Source: Phoronis australis (lineage: Eukaryota; Animalia; Phoronida). From it: DNA of 42,350 bases. The DNA lies in the NCBI GenBank assembly GCA_002633005.1, contig NMRA01001077.1:16914-59263 (forward strand), in the 5' to 3' direction. Below are positions 32,101 through 40,570 of the stretch, in pieces (position 1 is the first letter of the stretch; the number at the start of each line of letters is the position of its first letter). The notes under the pieces are model-generated. The model saw only the letters and a list, made by a program, of their open reading frames with translations. It made no database searches and was not told the origin of the DNA. The translations under genes were made by a program, and so were the position numbers.

Positions 32101-33010
32101 GCAAGTATAGCACAAAAACAAGTTGGGCGGATGACCACTGTAGCCTGTACTGAGTGATTAAGAACATTCTGGCATTTATGATGGGGGGACCAGCTCTCTT
32201 TTGTTCGATAATTGCGCTAATCTCGCATAAGATCCTATCTAGCATGACTGGGCTGTGCTGCTGAAAATAAAAGTTGAGTTATAAATGTTTGAACATAAAC
32301 CAATAGCATTTCTGAATTCCTCGTCAAATGCTGATCATGTTTAGATTTTGAATGACCAAAATCACCCCAAATACATCTGAAGTTAAGACAATCTATTCTG
32401 CCCTAACATACCAACGCACTGGGTTTGACTGTGTTCACATGTGGTTGGTAACAAGCCTGGTAGATAATTGGCCTGCATGTTGTCATACCAGACAAAAGAC
32501 TGTGCTCGGCAGTAAACCAAGGAGCTAGATGTTATCAGTACCTCTCTATATCTGGTAAAAGTCACTGAACAGAACACCTAATGGTACACACTTTTTGAAC
32601 CAATGACCTGACTGGTCAACTCCAGGTATCAGCTCTAATTTGAGTAAGGAACAACATGAGACCAATTTCATGACCCACACCATTACGCTAAATTACAACT
32701 TATCTGTTATGAAAACACATTTATAGCAACACTAAGTTGGTATATAAAAATTAGTTTTAGTGAATTGTGACTTCATCAAAACATTTCAAATGAAGGTAAA
32801 ATTTACCACAACAGCCATCTCGGTTCACTATAGTAACATTAGAAATAGAGTACACAGCTAACAGGTCTACTCTCCACCAGGGGTCCTTCTCAGCAAGTGT
32901 GTTAGCACAGTAGATGTAGTGTTGTCTCAGGTCCCCATCCACAGCTTTTGAAGATGTGGAACCAGCATATGTGCTGGACTGTTGAGTTGGTTTGTTAGCA
33001 GCGATATTCC
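1971..33010 (-). CDS. Partial multi-exon gene: FTP-kringle-FTP-unassigned domain-FN3-like-(FN3)x4 extracellular protein, probably a receptor (receptor PTP or RTK type unresolved)
   Basis: 13 exons with canonical AG/GT boundaries and compatible phases join into one open frame of about 1021 codons. Exons are listed separately. No start codon, TM segment or catalytic domain was identified in the window. Confidence 0.88.
2869..5112 (+). mobile_element. Diverged solo-LTR-like copy split by later insertions
   Basis: TGTAAC at 2869 and GTGACA at 5112. 2900-3080 resembles 140-290, and 4890-5112 resembles 505-717 (GTTCATCACAAGTC, AATAAA, AACCAGTCTT). Contains a 40-bp tandem duplication at 5007-5086. 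No TSD seen. Confidence 0.4.
3890..4142 (+). repeat. Conserved ~250-bp module, copy 1
   Basis: Aligns by eye with 30430-30664 (same strand) and 38588-38800 (inverted). Confidence 0.75.
5199..5489 (-). CDS. Exon 12: FN3 repeat
   Basis: CTTCCAG|TTCCA acceptor, G|GTAAGT donor, 291 nt, phase 1-1. FTVSWNAVLCKDMNG..RPYTHYSVVVKVCNVIG. Confidence 0.92.
5513..5790. repeat. Compound (AAT/AAG/AAC)n low-complexity tract
   Basis: Read directly; it produces the I/V/L-rich N-terminus of the 193-aa ORF. Confidence 0.9.
6070..6384 (-). CDS. Exon 11: FN3 repeat
   Basis: TTTCAG|TACCT acceptor, G|GTTTGT donor, 315 nt, phase 1-1. VPGPVGNL..SITVSWSLPDIPNGVITKYQV..LESNADYSIRVRAFT. Confidence 0.92.
6367..6592. 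repeat. Degenerate ~50-bp tandem array built from the exon 11 acceptor region
   Basis: Units of the form ACAGGGCC.GGTACT.AAATT...TACAGTGTTC recur at about 6368, 6418, 6468, 6520 (partial) and 6540. Confidence 0.7.
7353..7570 (+). repeat. 43-bp minisatellite x5
   Basis: AATAATTAATACACAATCCATACAGAGCGCAGCATGGTCACAG units start at about 7353, 7396, 7439, 7482 and 7525. Confidence 0.92.
7648..8105 (+). mobile_element. Helitron/Helentron-type non-autonomous fragment bounded by two identical 44-bp ends
   Basis: 7648-7691 is identical to 8055-8098. Each has a TGCAG..CTGCA hairpin followed by CTAG|T. The interior has AAATTTGGCACA and GGTCAAGGTCAAGGTCAAA motifs. Confidence 0.5.
8119..8239 (+). repeat. 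5' LTR (121 bp)
   Basis: Matches 10240-10393 apart from a 33-bp indel and substitutions. Confidence 0.9.
8359..9060 (+). pseudogene. gag: Gypsy gag remnant
   Basis: LRLPPP..NLADDFKKWKQQ; MIRDKIVL..LQERLLRENNLTL; decayed zinc knuckle CKFC..CPASG; in-frame stops. Confidence 0.85.
9080..9960 (+). pseudogene. pol: Gypsy pol remnant: RT/RNase H junction scrap plus integrase
   Basis: LLAYYD-SSHNGLGAVIMQ; ARNTIFWLGM..CETCQ (integrase zinc-binding region); VDLFE..YLVVVDHASNFIEV..YGVPTRIASDRSTQF. Frameshifted. Confidence 0.85.
10240..10393 (+). repeat. 3' LTR (154 bp)
   Basis: Follows the polypurine tract; TGTT...AACA ends. Confidence 0.9.
11560..11671 (-). pseudogene. Duplicated 3' part of FN3 exon 10 with intact donor; possible alternative exon
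   Basis: YDVEVTVVNDMSFQSVAKVMDITTAET-G|GTAAAG versus exon 10 YDVEVTAVNDMSLQSQEMDRTITTAQT-G|GTAAAG. Homology stops at about 11642. Confidence 0.75.
11672..12578 (+). mobile_element. 5'-truncated RTE-clade LINE (RT C-terminal part, frameshifted)
   Basis: KGVRQGDPISPKLF, HLRFADD, YKYLG, YGCQTWTL, TQRAMER, LKWRWGGHVAR. Very short 3' end finishing in (AGAGTC)3 at 12561-12578. Confidence 0.93.
12680..12899 (-). CDS. Exon 10: FN3 repeat, C-terminal part
   Basis: TTTCAG|GCT acceptor, G|GTAAAG donor, 220 nt, phase 0-1. LEYRIVFK..LRDLDAYIKYDVEVTAVN. Confidence 0.92.
13099..13181 (-). CDS. Exon 9: FN3 repeat, N-terminal part (not in the ORF track)
   Basis: TTTTACTTAG|GG acceptor, GAT|GTAAGT donor, 83 nt, phase 1-0. 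RPSPVQNLAGTSVRQGSSTKATLTLTWD. It bridges the phases of exons 8 and 10. Confidence 0.9.
16310..17124. mobile_element. Non-autonomous DNA-transposon-like repeat with internal tRNA-like cassette, copy 1
   Basis: Colinear with 35640-35823 plus 36791-37340. Right end GATCTGCCACTG resembles hAT-type CAGTGGC termini. Left end uncertain. Confidence 0.7.
16832..16890 (+). promoter_or_regulatory. tRNA-derived Pol III A/B-box cassette (not a functional tRNA)
   Basis: TGGTGTAGTGG, then AGTTCGAGTCT about 33 nt downstream, then T-runs at 16902-16922. Confidence 0.6.
17157..17870. mobile_element. Unclassified element bounded by short direct repeats, possibly Crypton-like
   Basis: AT(A/G)GATTATTACA at both ends; CTCGACTCGCCTCGG motif; perfect hairpin GTTATCTCAC-AA-GTGAGATAAC at 17832-17853. 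Confidence 0.35.
17751..17817 (+). pseudogene. tRNA-like sequence (pseudogene or SINE head)
   Basis: A box TAGTGTAGTGG, B box GGTTCGATTCC, acceptor-like pairing CTGAG/CTCGG. The anticodon arm is non-canonical. Confidence 0.6.
19296..19598 (-). CDS. Exon 8: divergent FN3-like module
   Basis: TTTTTTCAG|AT acceptor, A|GTAAGT donor, 303 nt, phase 1-1. VTLTFQAW..FVVQYRL..W..GLYKFKGQV. Confidence 0.88.
19718..21083 (-). mobile_element. PIF/Harbinger deletion derivative
   Basis: ~30-bp TIR GGCCC(A/G)GTCTCCAATCTCCGTA.TCAGACTC; flanked by CAG/CTG within AACAATAT-CWG-GTTTGTT; ACTCGA-type subterminal repeats; internal transposase remnant. Confidence 0.85.
20453..20765 (-). pseudogene. Harbinger (HARBI1-like) transposase N-terminal remnant
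   Basis: Across frames: QHFNLSSEIIVFIFNLL..LQFLATGAL*SLVGES*QASKAVVGKVV*EVCAAL..RFVGFP..EVKK-FASLSG. This resembles the LRFLATG..V..AL..FI.FP..F..IAG pattern. Confidence 0.7.
21793..22050 (-). CDS. Exon 7: unassigned domain, second half
   Basis: TTTTCAG|GT acceptor, A|GTAGGT donor, 258 nt, phase 1-1. GEQEMRLTNAVQVKQGDVMGYHY..RVPAMQALV. Confidence 0.88.
22260..23259 (-). mobile_element. Helentron-associated (HINE/DINE-1-like) non-autonomous element
   Basis: On the minus strand it starts TTTTATGCACCCATATA..TATATGTGGACGCAT (hairpin), followed by a GTCC/GTCT-like microsatellite and ~140-160-bp internal tandem units, and ends TTGTG-TTTG-CACAA..CATCTTGTT. Confidence 0.75.
23262..23480 (-). CDS. 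Exon 6: unassigned domain, first half
   Basis: GTTTCAG|AC acceptor, G|GTATTT donor, 219 nt, phase 1-1. NYFGGP..DGFLIGWKFNAARPGTVWADIWR..FTLVHK. Confidence 0.88.
24760..24978 (-). CDS. Exon 5: FTP domain 2, C-terminal half
   Basis: CTTTCAG|CT acceptor, A|GTAAGT donor, 219 nt, phase 1-1. LTNFDIRV..C..GRYLFIQ..LVMCEVEVYG. Confidence 0.93.
25320..25544 (-). CDS. Exon 4: FTP domain 2, N-terminal half
   Basis: TTCTTACAG|TG acceptor, T|GTATGT donor, 225 nt, phase 1-1. NIALGKPAIQSST..AVDGN..WWRVDL..VTNR. Confidence 0.93.
25506..25809. repeat. 85-bp tandem repeat (~3.6 copies) spanning the exon 4 acceptor
   Basis: Units start at 25506, 25591, 25676 and 25758. Confidence 0.95.
25832..26107 (-). CDS. 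Exon 3: kringle domain
   Basis: CATTTAG|GT acceptor, T|GTAAGT donor, 276 nt, phase 1-1. Six Cys, CQRWDSQTP, YCRNP, GPWCY. Confidence 0.95.
26630..27205 (-). mobile_element. Older copy of the HINE-like family
   Basis: GCCACTAGG units, AAATTTTATGAAA, and end TATGTGGGTGCAT resembling 23243-23253. Smaller fragments at about 6880-7020 and 23935-24035. Confidence 0.6.
28682..28751. repeat. Two tandem palindromes with 13-bp arms (TAAAATGTAACAA)
   Basis: 28682-28708 (1-nt spacer) and 28726-28751 (perfect 26-bp palindrome). Confidence 0.95.
29064..29291 (-). CDS. Exon 2: FTP domain 1, C-terminal half
   Basis: TTTCAATAG|GT acceptor, G|GTGAGT donor, 228 nt, phase 1-1. GERLHNFVVKV..C..GRYLYIQ..LTLCEVQVHG. 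Confidence 0.93.
29800..29931 (+). pseudogene. Truncated THAP zinc-finger coding remnant inside a non-autonomous element (~29370-31775, ends unresolved)
   Basis: MPLCMVCGCSNVSNNVIHLHNFPTDHVVCRAWNRFVSTGDKLS*: C-x4-C, FP and W motifs; lacks the CxxHF half. Confidence 0.75.
30430..30664 (+). repeat. Conserved ~250-bp module, copy 2
   Basis: TTTGTTACA..AGAAAATG..TAGATTGTT..GCAAGGT..CAGATTTTG..GACGAGGTGAC..TACCCGG..TAACAGAG, as in 3890-4142. Confidence 0.75.
32085..32580 (+). repeat. Unclassified interspersed repeat, copy B
   Basis: Colinear with 1440-1950. Confidence 0.8.
32807..33010 (-). CDS. Exon 1 (first confidently linked exon): FTP domain 1, N-terminal half
   Basis: TTTATTTCAG|GG acceptor, G|GTAAAT donor, 204 nt, phase 1-1. 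NIAANKPTQQSSTY..KAVDGD..PWWRVDL..IVNRDGCC. Confidence 0.93.
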
Positions 33011-34573
33011 CTGAAATAAAACCACAATAATGGAGAAGAATTATTTTTAGGAAAACAACAAAACTGAGGAGACAATGTCTTTGATAAGAATGGTCGTTAA
33101 GTATAGCGAGAAATATGAATGGGCAGTTAACCATGTACAAAACATTTTGGTAACAGAGAAGTCAATGCCAAGTCTGAAGAAATATTAGAAACAATTTTTT
33201 TAAATGTGAATTCAGAGAGAAGAGGGAAGGGTGAGAGGGAAGGATGAAGGGAGACATGCCGTAAATAATACGCTTACACGAAAGTCACGCATTTCTAAAG
33301 ATATGTGTGACTTTTCACCGCTTGTCCTTCTGAGCGGCTTTTACCGGAATCAAAGAGAGCGCGGTGCCAGAGCCGGGCGCAGTTGCGATGACCGTATTGT
33401 CCGGTGCGAGCAAGGCTCAATTAAGTGTAATTACCCTACCATAAACTGCAGTAAACATCTGTGCTTGTACATACTGGTGAATTTTCAAAATATATTAACC
33501 AACAGGTTTCGTTAAAAACAAATACCACAGCTGTAATCAAATGGAAAAAACGACCAAGTTTGGTTTTTCAATTTTTAAAAATCGATGAACTATTAAGCTA
33601 AAAACTAAACATTGGGTACGATTAAAGATCAACGACTGGGCATACTGATATACTCGGTGATTTAAAAATGCTGATCAGAGTTAACAATATCACGGGGATT
33701 ATTCTTTTAATATACAACTTATCTACATTGAAAAATCTATAAACAACACACAGTGACTAAATTAGATGTCAATAACTCTTGAAACATCGCTTATGGCCCA
33801 GCGCATGCCGCACTACTTTACTCCAGGAGTAGGACACTAACCATAAAGCTGCTATTCGCAAAAATGCACCAATTGCGATAGCTTGTAGTTGTAATGAACA
33901 CCAGTGAAGACAACTAAGATGGCTAGCTTTGCAGTCAACGAGAGAGTGCAAGCAGAGGATGAGGTTGGTCGGTGGACAAGAGCTGTGATTTCATTTTTTA
34001 TGACTGAGGAAAGGCTAGAAGAGTTATGTAGTTACTGCAGTCAAAATTTTGCAGAAGTTCCAAACCTTCAATTTGGCTATCACCATATTTGCACTTTTGT
34101 TTATATTTTATGATTTGAGTTCTAATAAAAATTGAACTTAAACTAATTGCATGTGTAGTTTTGTTTGCTGTGACATATTTGGTGTAGCTGTAATCTGGAA
34201 AATTCAAGGATGAGTTTACAATTAACTGACTTCTAAGTTGTTTTGATACTTCGTTTAAACACAAAGTAAAAAAATTGCAATCCTACCCGGTAAGAGAAAA
34301 ACAAGTAGACAGCAGTATTAAAATAAAGTAATGGAAACAGGTATGAAACATATAAAATCAACGTTCATTTGGGAAGTGGCACTTTGTCAAGATCAATGCA
34401 AATTAACTTTTTATTACTTTTGTAACATTTATAATGTACCAAGTTAAAACTGCTCTGAACATTGCAGACTTTAACTCTGTGCAAATGCCAGAGAAAAACA
34501 ATTTGGGTGTAATAACGACCACCATTGTTAAGAAAGTAGTGCTAGCTATTGCCTTTAAACTTCATTAGTTCAG

Positions 34574-34974
34574 GGCCCGGTCTCCAATCTTTTTACTCGA
34601 AATGGGTCTCGAAATTAGGTTTGGCATTTTCTACTCTACTTTTGGGCGAACTCAAGATAAATGTCTATTATTCTATGCTCGAGTACACAATAACTAACGT
34701 AGATAATTTATTGACCTTAGTTCACAGTTTGTAAACCCAATATTAAAGCAATAAGTTCGAGTTTGAACTCGAAATTTCGAATTTTTACTCGAGTTTGTAG
34801 CACGAATATCAGGGTCTTCAAGGGCAAACTTGAACTAGAAACTCCTATGCATAAACTATAATGTATTCGAGCACTGTCTGATAAACAATTATCTTAAGTT
34901 CGCACAAAAGGAGCAGAAAAATTGCCAAAAATAGTTTTGAGTTCGTTTCGAGTACAAAGATTAGAGACCGGGCC
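34574..34974. mobile_element. Harbinger MITE (401 bp)
   Basis: 29-bp TIR GGCCCGGTCTC(C/T)AATCTTT(T/G)TACTCGAAA (27/29); CAG TSD on both sides; TIR related to 19718-21083. Confidence 0.88.
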
Positions 34975-35349
34975 CAGATCTACATCAATACAAAGGGCGT
35001 GCTGAATAGGGATCATAAAATTGTCTGGGGCTTAGGGAATCAGAGCTAATTCCCACATTTCATAATAAGAAAGCCTATGCTTTTTACTATAAAATTACAT
35101 AATCAGAACATAATGTTTGAGATGTAATTTTAAGTGAAATTGCTAATTGCCTGGAATAATCTTTAGTGATCTACACCATTTTGTACAGAGGAGAGCAACG
35201 GCAAACAAAGGGTGCGAAGAAGACTGACAATCGTTTTAATTCTACACGTTTTATTTTGCTATTCTATTTGTTTACTAAAAGACAGCTCTTGATTGACATG
35301 ACCCATGAGGTCACGCCAGTGATGACGTAAGTTGTATACAATAGCATAA

Positions 35350-35462
35350 TAGACAACATTCCAACAGATTCCAGCATATTAGAGACTAATATAGAACCAG
35401 TGGTCTGGAACATTCTCGAGTATATGTGTTTGTAGAATGATTAGGTAGATTCTGGAAAGCTC
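35350..35462 (+). repeat. Fragment of the solo-LTR-like family
   Basis: CTGGAACATTCT..GTTTGTAGAATGATT.GGTAG matches 141-200. Confidence 0.6.
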
Positions 35463-36046
35463 AAAATTGCGGTCTGAGAGGAGACAGGAACATGGACTCC
35501 ACAATATGATGCAGTGATTCCAAGGTGATCATTCATATAGACTCTGTGAGATCCCAAGTCAGAATCAGAGCAGATGATATTTTCTGAGTGTCAGCAGTAC
35601 ATGACCAGGCTAAAGAAATTTAACCATAGGTGGGTTTAGGGGGGGGGGGCTCAGATCCAATTTCAAGTATCAATTTCGGAGCACAGCTAAATCGTAACGG
35701 AACTATGGCTAAGTATAGGCTCTCCCGCAATATCCCAGGCGACCGACATTGGCGCTGCACACTACGACTCCATTTCTGTCGTCTGCTTCACTGTGCAATG
35801 AAGAAAGTTACTTCATTTTTTAAAGTGTACACAACATGACTCTAGTACCTCAAAATAAATTTTATTATTATATCTTACTTGATTTCAGTGCCTTTAGTGC
35901 ACAGCTCATAAAGAAACACGCAAAAATTGAAAAAAATAATAATTATGTACAACGTCATGGGTTGAACCCTAGTCGTTCGCCATACCGTTCGGATCAGAGA
36001 CAAAGTGTATAGATTGAAGAGAATGCAAAGTACATTTAGCGTCGAG

Positions 36047-36299
36047 AAGGTTCGTAGAGGGATCAAAAGATGTGTTTCCGGAGCCTGCAGCAACAACATC
36101 CAGGCGGAAACTTCTGGGTGTTCCGAAGGACACCAAAGTTGCGCAGAAGTGGCATGACTTCGTGCGCCGAACGAGAGTGTGGGACGTCATCGTGGACCAA
36201 GCGATTCGGTCCGGGGCCACTCTGTGTTCTGCCCACTTTGAGGACACGTGTTTCGACTCCAGTCACAGGAGACGTTACGATGAAGGCCTGGTTCAATAA
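36047..36299 (+). pseudogene. Frameshifted THAP domain (transposase N-terminus)
   Basis: VRRGIKRCVSGACSN / PKDTKVAQKWHDFVRRTR..LCSAHFEDTCF: all four C2CH ligands, split over two frames. Confidence 0.85.
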
Positions 36300-36332
36300 A
36301 GGGCAATATTTATCATTCAGAAACATCAGCTC

Positions 36333-36586
36333 TTAATTCAGGATCGTCTGTTGGATGACTGGGTTCAGTTGACTCGCCGAGCCCGAGGCCGCTTCTCTCG
36401 CGGGAGGATCCAGTTCATAAGGCTCAAAGTAGAAAAGTACGCAGCCGGAAGCACATTAAACTTGTTCTCGCTTTCGTGCAACCCCATTTCCTCATCCTGG
36501 CCACCATTCCCATACGTTTCTTCATAGTATTCGTTCAATTCTTGCTCTTAATCATCGTCACTTTCAAATTCCCTGGTCTCCGCCAT
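36333..36586 (-). pseudogene. Acidic N-terminal ORF remnant, putative KolX start
   Basis: MAETREFESDDD*EQELNEYYEE.. then, after a frameshift, FEPYELDP. Orientation opposite to THAP, as in Kolobok. The KolX assignment is an inference. Confidence 0.5.
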
Positions 36587-37426
36587 TGTTCAATGCTAGT
36601 CACTGATCTCTTGTGTTCAACCCATGACGTCACATGGCGGGAAATGTGAAAATTGGCAAAATTGAAAGAAAAATCAAAATTTTGAGCTAATTACACAAAA
36701 TAAACATGGGTTTAGCTAAATTTTACGTCATACATTTAGTCTGTGGCCACCGGTAATTCAAAATGTGCAAAAATCCATGGTGTGTACTGTTTAAAGAAAA
36801 TAGAATCTGAGTGACGATGAAAAAACAGAAGCTGCTGGTAAGATGTGAATTTTAATAGAAGCCTTAGTGAATCACTCAGAAACTCAAAATTCTCTCTTTG
36901 TCAAACCTTAAGACGATTTCCAAAGCAATCACGTCATTACTGCCAACACAAAATAACGGATTTGGTCTTTTGGGCAATTGAAGACTATTTTAATTACAAC
37001 AAATTTGTTACAAACTTATTGCATATAAAAAGTGTAATATACATTACAAAAAGAAGCAGGTTTCGCGCGCAAACGCTGTGGATCATAAACAAGTAGGTCT
37101 CTTAGTATCAAAGTACGAGTGAAGTTCGTGGTGGTGTAGTGGTAAAACAAGCGCACTCTAAGTGCCAGGTTGTACGTTCGAGTCGGTGGTAATTGCAGTT
37201 TTTCAAGTTTGACACGTTCTCCGTGTTTTTATTTCTTTGCCTTTTTTGTTGGATCATACTTCAGGAACCAAGGTGAATGCTTGATGTTTAAAGGAAAAAC
37301 CAGAAAAATTCCCCTGGGCGGGAGGGGGGCAAACCCCCCCTAATAACTTTAAAATGACTGCAGGTATAACTTCTTCAAATTTGAGATACATTAATATGCA
37401 GTATCATGGGTGAGAAAAAACATGAC

Positions 37427-38132
37427 NNNNNNNNNNNNNNNNNNNNNNNNNNNNNNNNNNNNNNNNNNNNNNNNNNNNNNNNNNNNNNNNNNNNNNNNNN
37501 NNNNNNNNNNNNNNNNNNNNNNNNNNNNNNNNNNNNNNNNNNNNNNNNNNNNNNNNNNNNNNNNNNNNNNNNNNNNNNNNNNNNNNNNNNNNNNNNNNNN
37601 NNNNNNNNNNNNNNNNNNNNNNNNNNNNNNNNNNNNNNNNNNNNNNNNNNNNNNNNNNNNNNNNNNNNNNNNNNNNNNNNNNNNNNNNNNNNNNNNNNNN
37701 NNNNNNNNNNNNNNNNNNNNNNNNNNNNNNNNNNNNNNNNNNNNNNNNNNNNNNNNNNNNNNNNNNNNNNNNNNNNNNNNNNNNNNNNNNNNNNNNNNNN
37801 NNNNNNNNNNNNNNNNNNNNNNNNNNNNNNNNNNNNNNNNNNNNNNNNNNNNNNNNNNNNNNNNNNNNNNNNNNNNNNNNNNNNNNNNNNNNNNNNNNNN
37901 NNNNNNNNNNNNNNNNNNNNNNNNNNNNNNNNNNNNNNNNNNNNNNNNNNNNNNNNNNNNNNNNNNNNNNNNNNNNNNNNNNNNNNNNNNNNNNNNNNNN
38001 NNNNNNNNNNNNNNNNNNNNNNNNNNNNNNNNNNNNNNNNNNNNNNNNNNNNNNNNNNNNNNNNNNNNNNNNNNNNNNNNNNNNNNNNNNNNNNNNNNNN
38101 NNNNNNNNNNNNNNNNNNNNNNNNNNNNNNNN
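37427..38132. other. Assembly gap (706 N)
   Basis: Run of N. Confidence 1.
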
Positions 38133-38529
38133 ACAAGTATAAGTGGTGGCATTTTGGAAACGAACATTTGACTGACAAGACCGCAATGGCTCACCTTTGG
38201 CCTATTTAAAGATTGAGGTCATGAATTCATATCACCTAGCGAGCGTGCGCAGTATAAAAATGGTGAGTTCACGATTTTGGGAACTGAAATAGGGACTGCT
38301 CGAAGAAAAAGTTTGATAATGGGAGTATATTGTTCGAGTTGGAAGGAATTAAACACATCGACAACCTCCTCAGGTGTTCCTCTATGCGCGAAAGGTATTT
38401 ATAACAACGTGACTGTGATGGTTTAGTTGGTGCGAGGCATAATTCGCCGAAAAGCTTCCGGCGTACAGAGCGCCTATAGCCACTGCATCGCCTCTGCTTC
38501 GGGCCAACAGAGGCGATGGTCATTGCCTA
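38133..38529. mobile_element. Second copy (spacer plus right TIR) of the foldback/MULE-like element
   Basis: Matches 14411-14692 joined to 18499-18625 without interruption; ends GGTCATTGCCTA. The left part may lie in the gap. Confidence 0.88.
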
Positions 38530-38587
38530 CCGGTCAGTAAGCTGTATTAAAAGACTCGCCAAAATAAAGCTTGGTAGCACTGCGTTA

Positions 38588-38800
38588 TTGAGCTCCGTTA
38601 CATCCCCAAAATTTCCCACAGCCCGGGTATAGTTCTGCTCGTCACCTTGTCGTGAAACATGTAGAGCTAGCGAGCGGAGCAGGCGCATGCAAAATCTAGG
38701 AGTCAATCAACACTCACCTTGCAGGTTGTAGACACTTGAGTGAAAAACAATCTAATGAAGGTCATTTGTTTGCCTAATGTAACAAAAAAGTCTGTCGCGC
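38588..38800 (-). repeat. Conserved module, copy 3 (inverted)
   Basis: AAATTTCCCACAGCCCGGGTA..GTCACCT..CCTTGCA..AGTGAAAAACAATCTA..TGTAACAAAAAAGTCTGTCG is the reverse complement of motifs in 3890-4142. Confidence 0.75.
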
Positions 38801-40570
38801 TCGTGACATGAGCACGAACCATGTCTAAAATTTTGCGACATCTTTCGGAAGACATAACGCGGAGTTGTCGTGAGGACTCGATTGGGACCTCAGGGGTCTC
38901 ACACTCCACTGGGCTAATTTGAAAAGGCTTTGTACAGTTATGCATTGTGGGTCATAAATCGAGATAATGATACCAACAGCTGAAGCCACAAACAGAACTA
39001 CTTTCTTTTACTTCATTTGTGCACTAACTGGGGAAATTTAGAATTAGCCTTTTAAACACTATCCGATCGTCAACTTTTTTCGGGAGACTTAAATCTCAAT
39101 GTTGTTTGCGCAAAGACGATGTGCAATTTTTGGAGGTGTATTGACGATGATCAACGTTAAAACGGAGAGCAAATAAGTGCGTAATTGATCATCCAATCGG
39201 TAGTTTTGCGAGAAAGCGACGACCTTACCGAAATTGAATAACGGAAACCCTTGAAAATGATTATAAGCGAGAAAGAGAAAACAAATATTTTCTGACGTTT
39301 AGGCTCATTAACTTTGAGTAAACGAAACGTCGCAAATATGTTCCGTCTTCTCTTGCGCGCTCATAATCAGATTCCTATAACTAGTGTTATGGCCAAAAAC
39401 CGAGTTAGGAAACATCTAGACTAAAATCTTGATGGTATCTTATTTTGCCAGTGACCATGCAAAGTATAAAAATGAATGAAAAGCTGAATTAGGCAAAACT
39501 TGACTTGCTGGAATTCTCGTCAAAAAACGCATAAATATCACCATCATCTTCATGTCAAAATTGCCAACTAAAACTCGAGGGGGAGGGCACGAACCTTACA
39601 TCCTGGTACGCGTTTTGGTTAACGAACTCCAAAAAATAGAGCATGGTGGAGTGTTTGAAAGAGCCAAAATCCATCCAAGTCGAAGTGGCCATAACGGAGC
39701 GATATGGAGATTTAAAATGACGTGATTTATCCATTTTTTCAGTTGCTGTGTACCTAAATTAACTGGCACAGAAAAAATGACTTAGGCCTACAGTACGATT
39801 TTCTGAAACGTACCTCAGCGAAATCGTCAAAGAAAAAAGCGCCACTTGCCACCTAAAACGGACAAAAACAACCAAAGCGCGCAACGCGTCGCTTACCTGA
39901 AAAAGTAACTCTTTCACTTGTTTTTTGTGGTTAAACATGTGATGTGTACCCATATTTTTGGTCGTGGCCCCCTACAACAGGCTACTACTTCAAATGACAC
40001 GTATATACTGTCGATGTCAAAATTTAACTGCGCCACCGGTTCCCAGGGTTTCATGTTTTGTAATTTAAAATGATTGCATAAACTGAGGAATAAATGCGAG
40101 TTACAGGCACTGCGTTCACAAAGAGTAAGAAAACAAAAACCCAGCGGCATATGATCACCTCGCTTTAACAATGCATTGTGCGCATTCCACATAACCAGTT
40201 GGCCACTCTTCAGATTAGTGCTTGCGCAATGAAAATAAGTGTAAGATTTCGGAATAGTGTAATATATATTGTACATGAGAATTTCAAACGTTAGCATGAC
40301 TATGGGAAAAGCAATTAGGGACACAGGCACCAGCGATGATAAACTCTTCAGTATAAATATTATACTTCACAGGATGAGCAAAACATGCACTAAGCACTGT
40401 TGAGATAACCTACCGAAATCTTTTAAACTAACAATTATAAACTCTGCAATATAAACAATACACTTTATACAATGAACATGTAACAAATATACACACCCAA
40501 ATAGTGTTACATGCAATCCCTGATGAAATCATCCATAAGTATGAATCCCTCCATGTAAACAATAACTCAC

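Larger units (their letters stand above)
35824..36790. mobile_element. Kolobok-like deletion derivative (967 bp)
   Basis: TTAA TSD, with the empty site at 16489-16492. 15-bp TIR AGTGTACACAACATG/ACAGTACACACCATG (12/15). THAP remnant on + and a convergent acidic ORF remnant on -. Confidence 0.85.
35625..37341. mobile_element. Copy 2 of the tRNA-cassette element, interrupted by a Kolobok-like insertion
   Basis: Colinear with 16310-17012. Starts CATAGGTGGGTTTAGGGGG. A/B boxes at 37128-37185. Confidence 0.75.

Noticed and set aside
37375-38209. 253-267-aa ORFs in the track
   Set aside because: Artefacts of the N gap.
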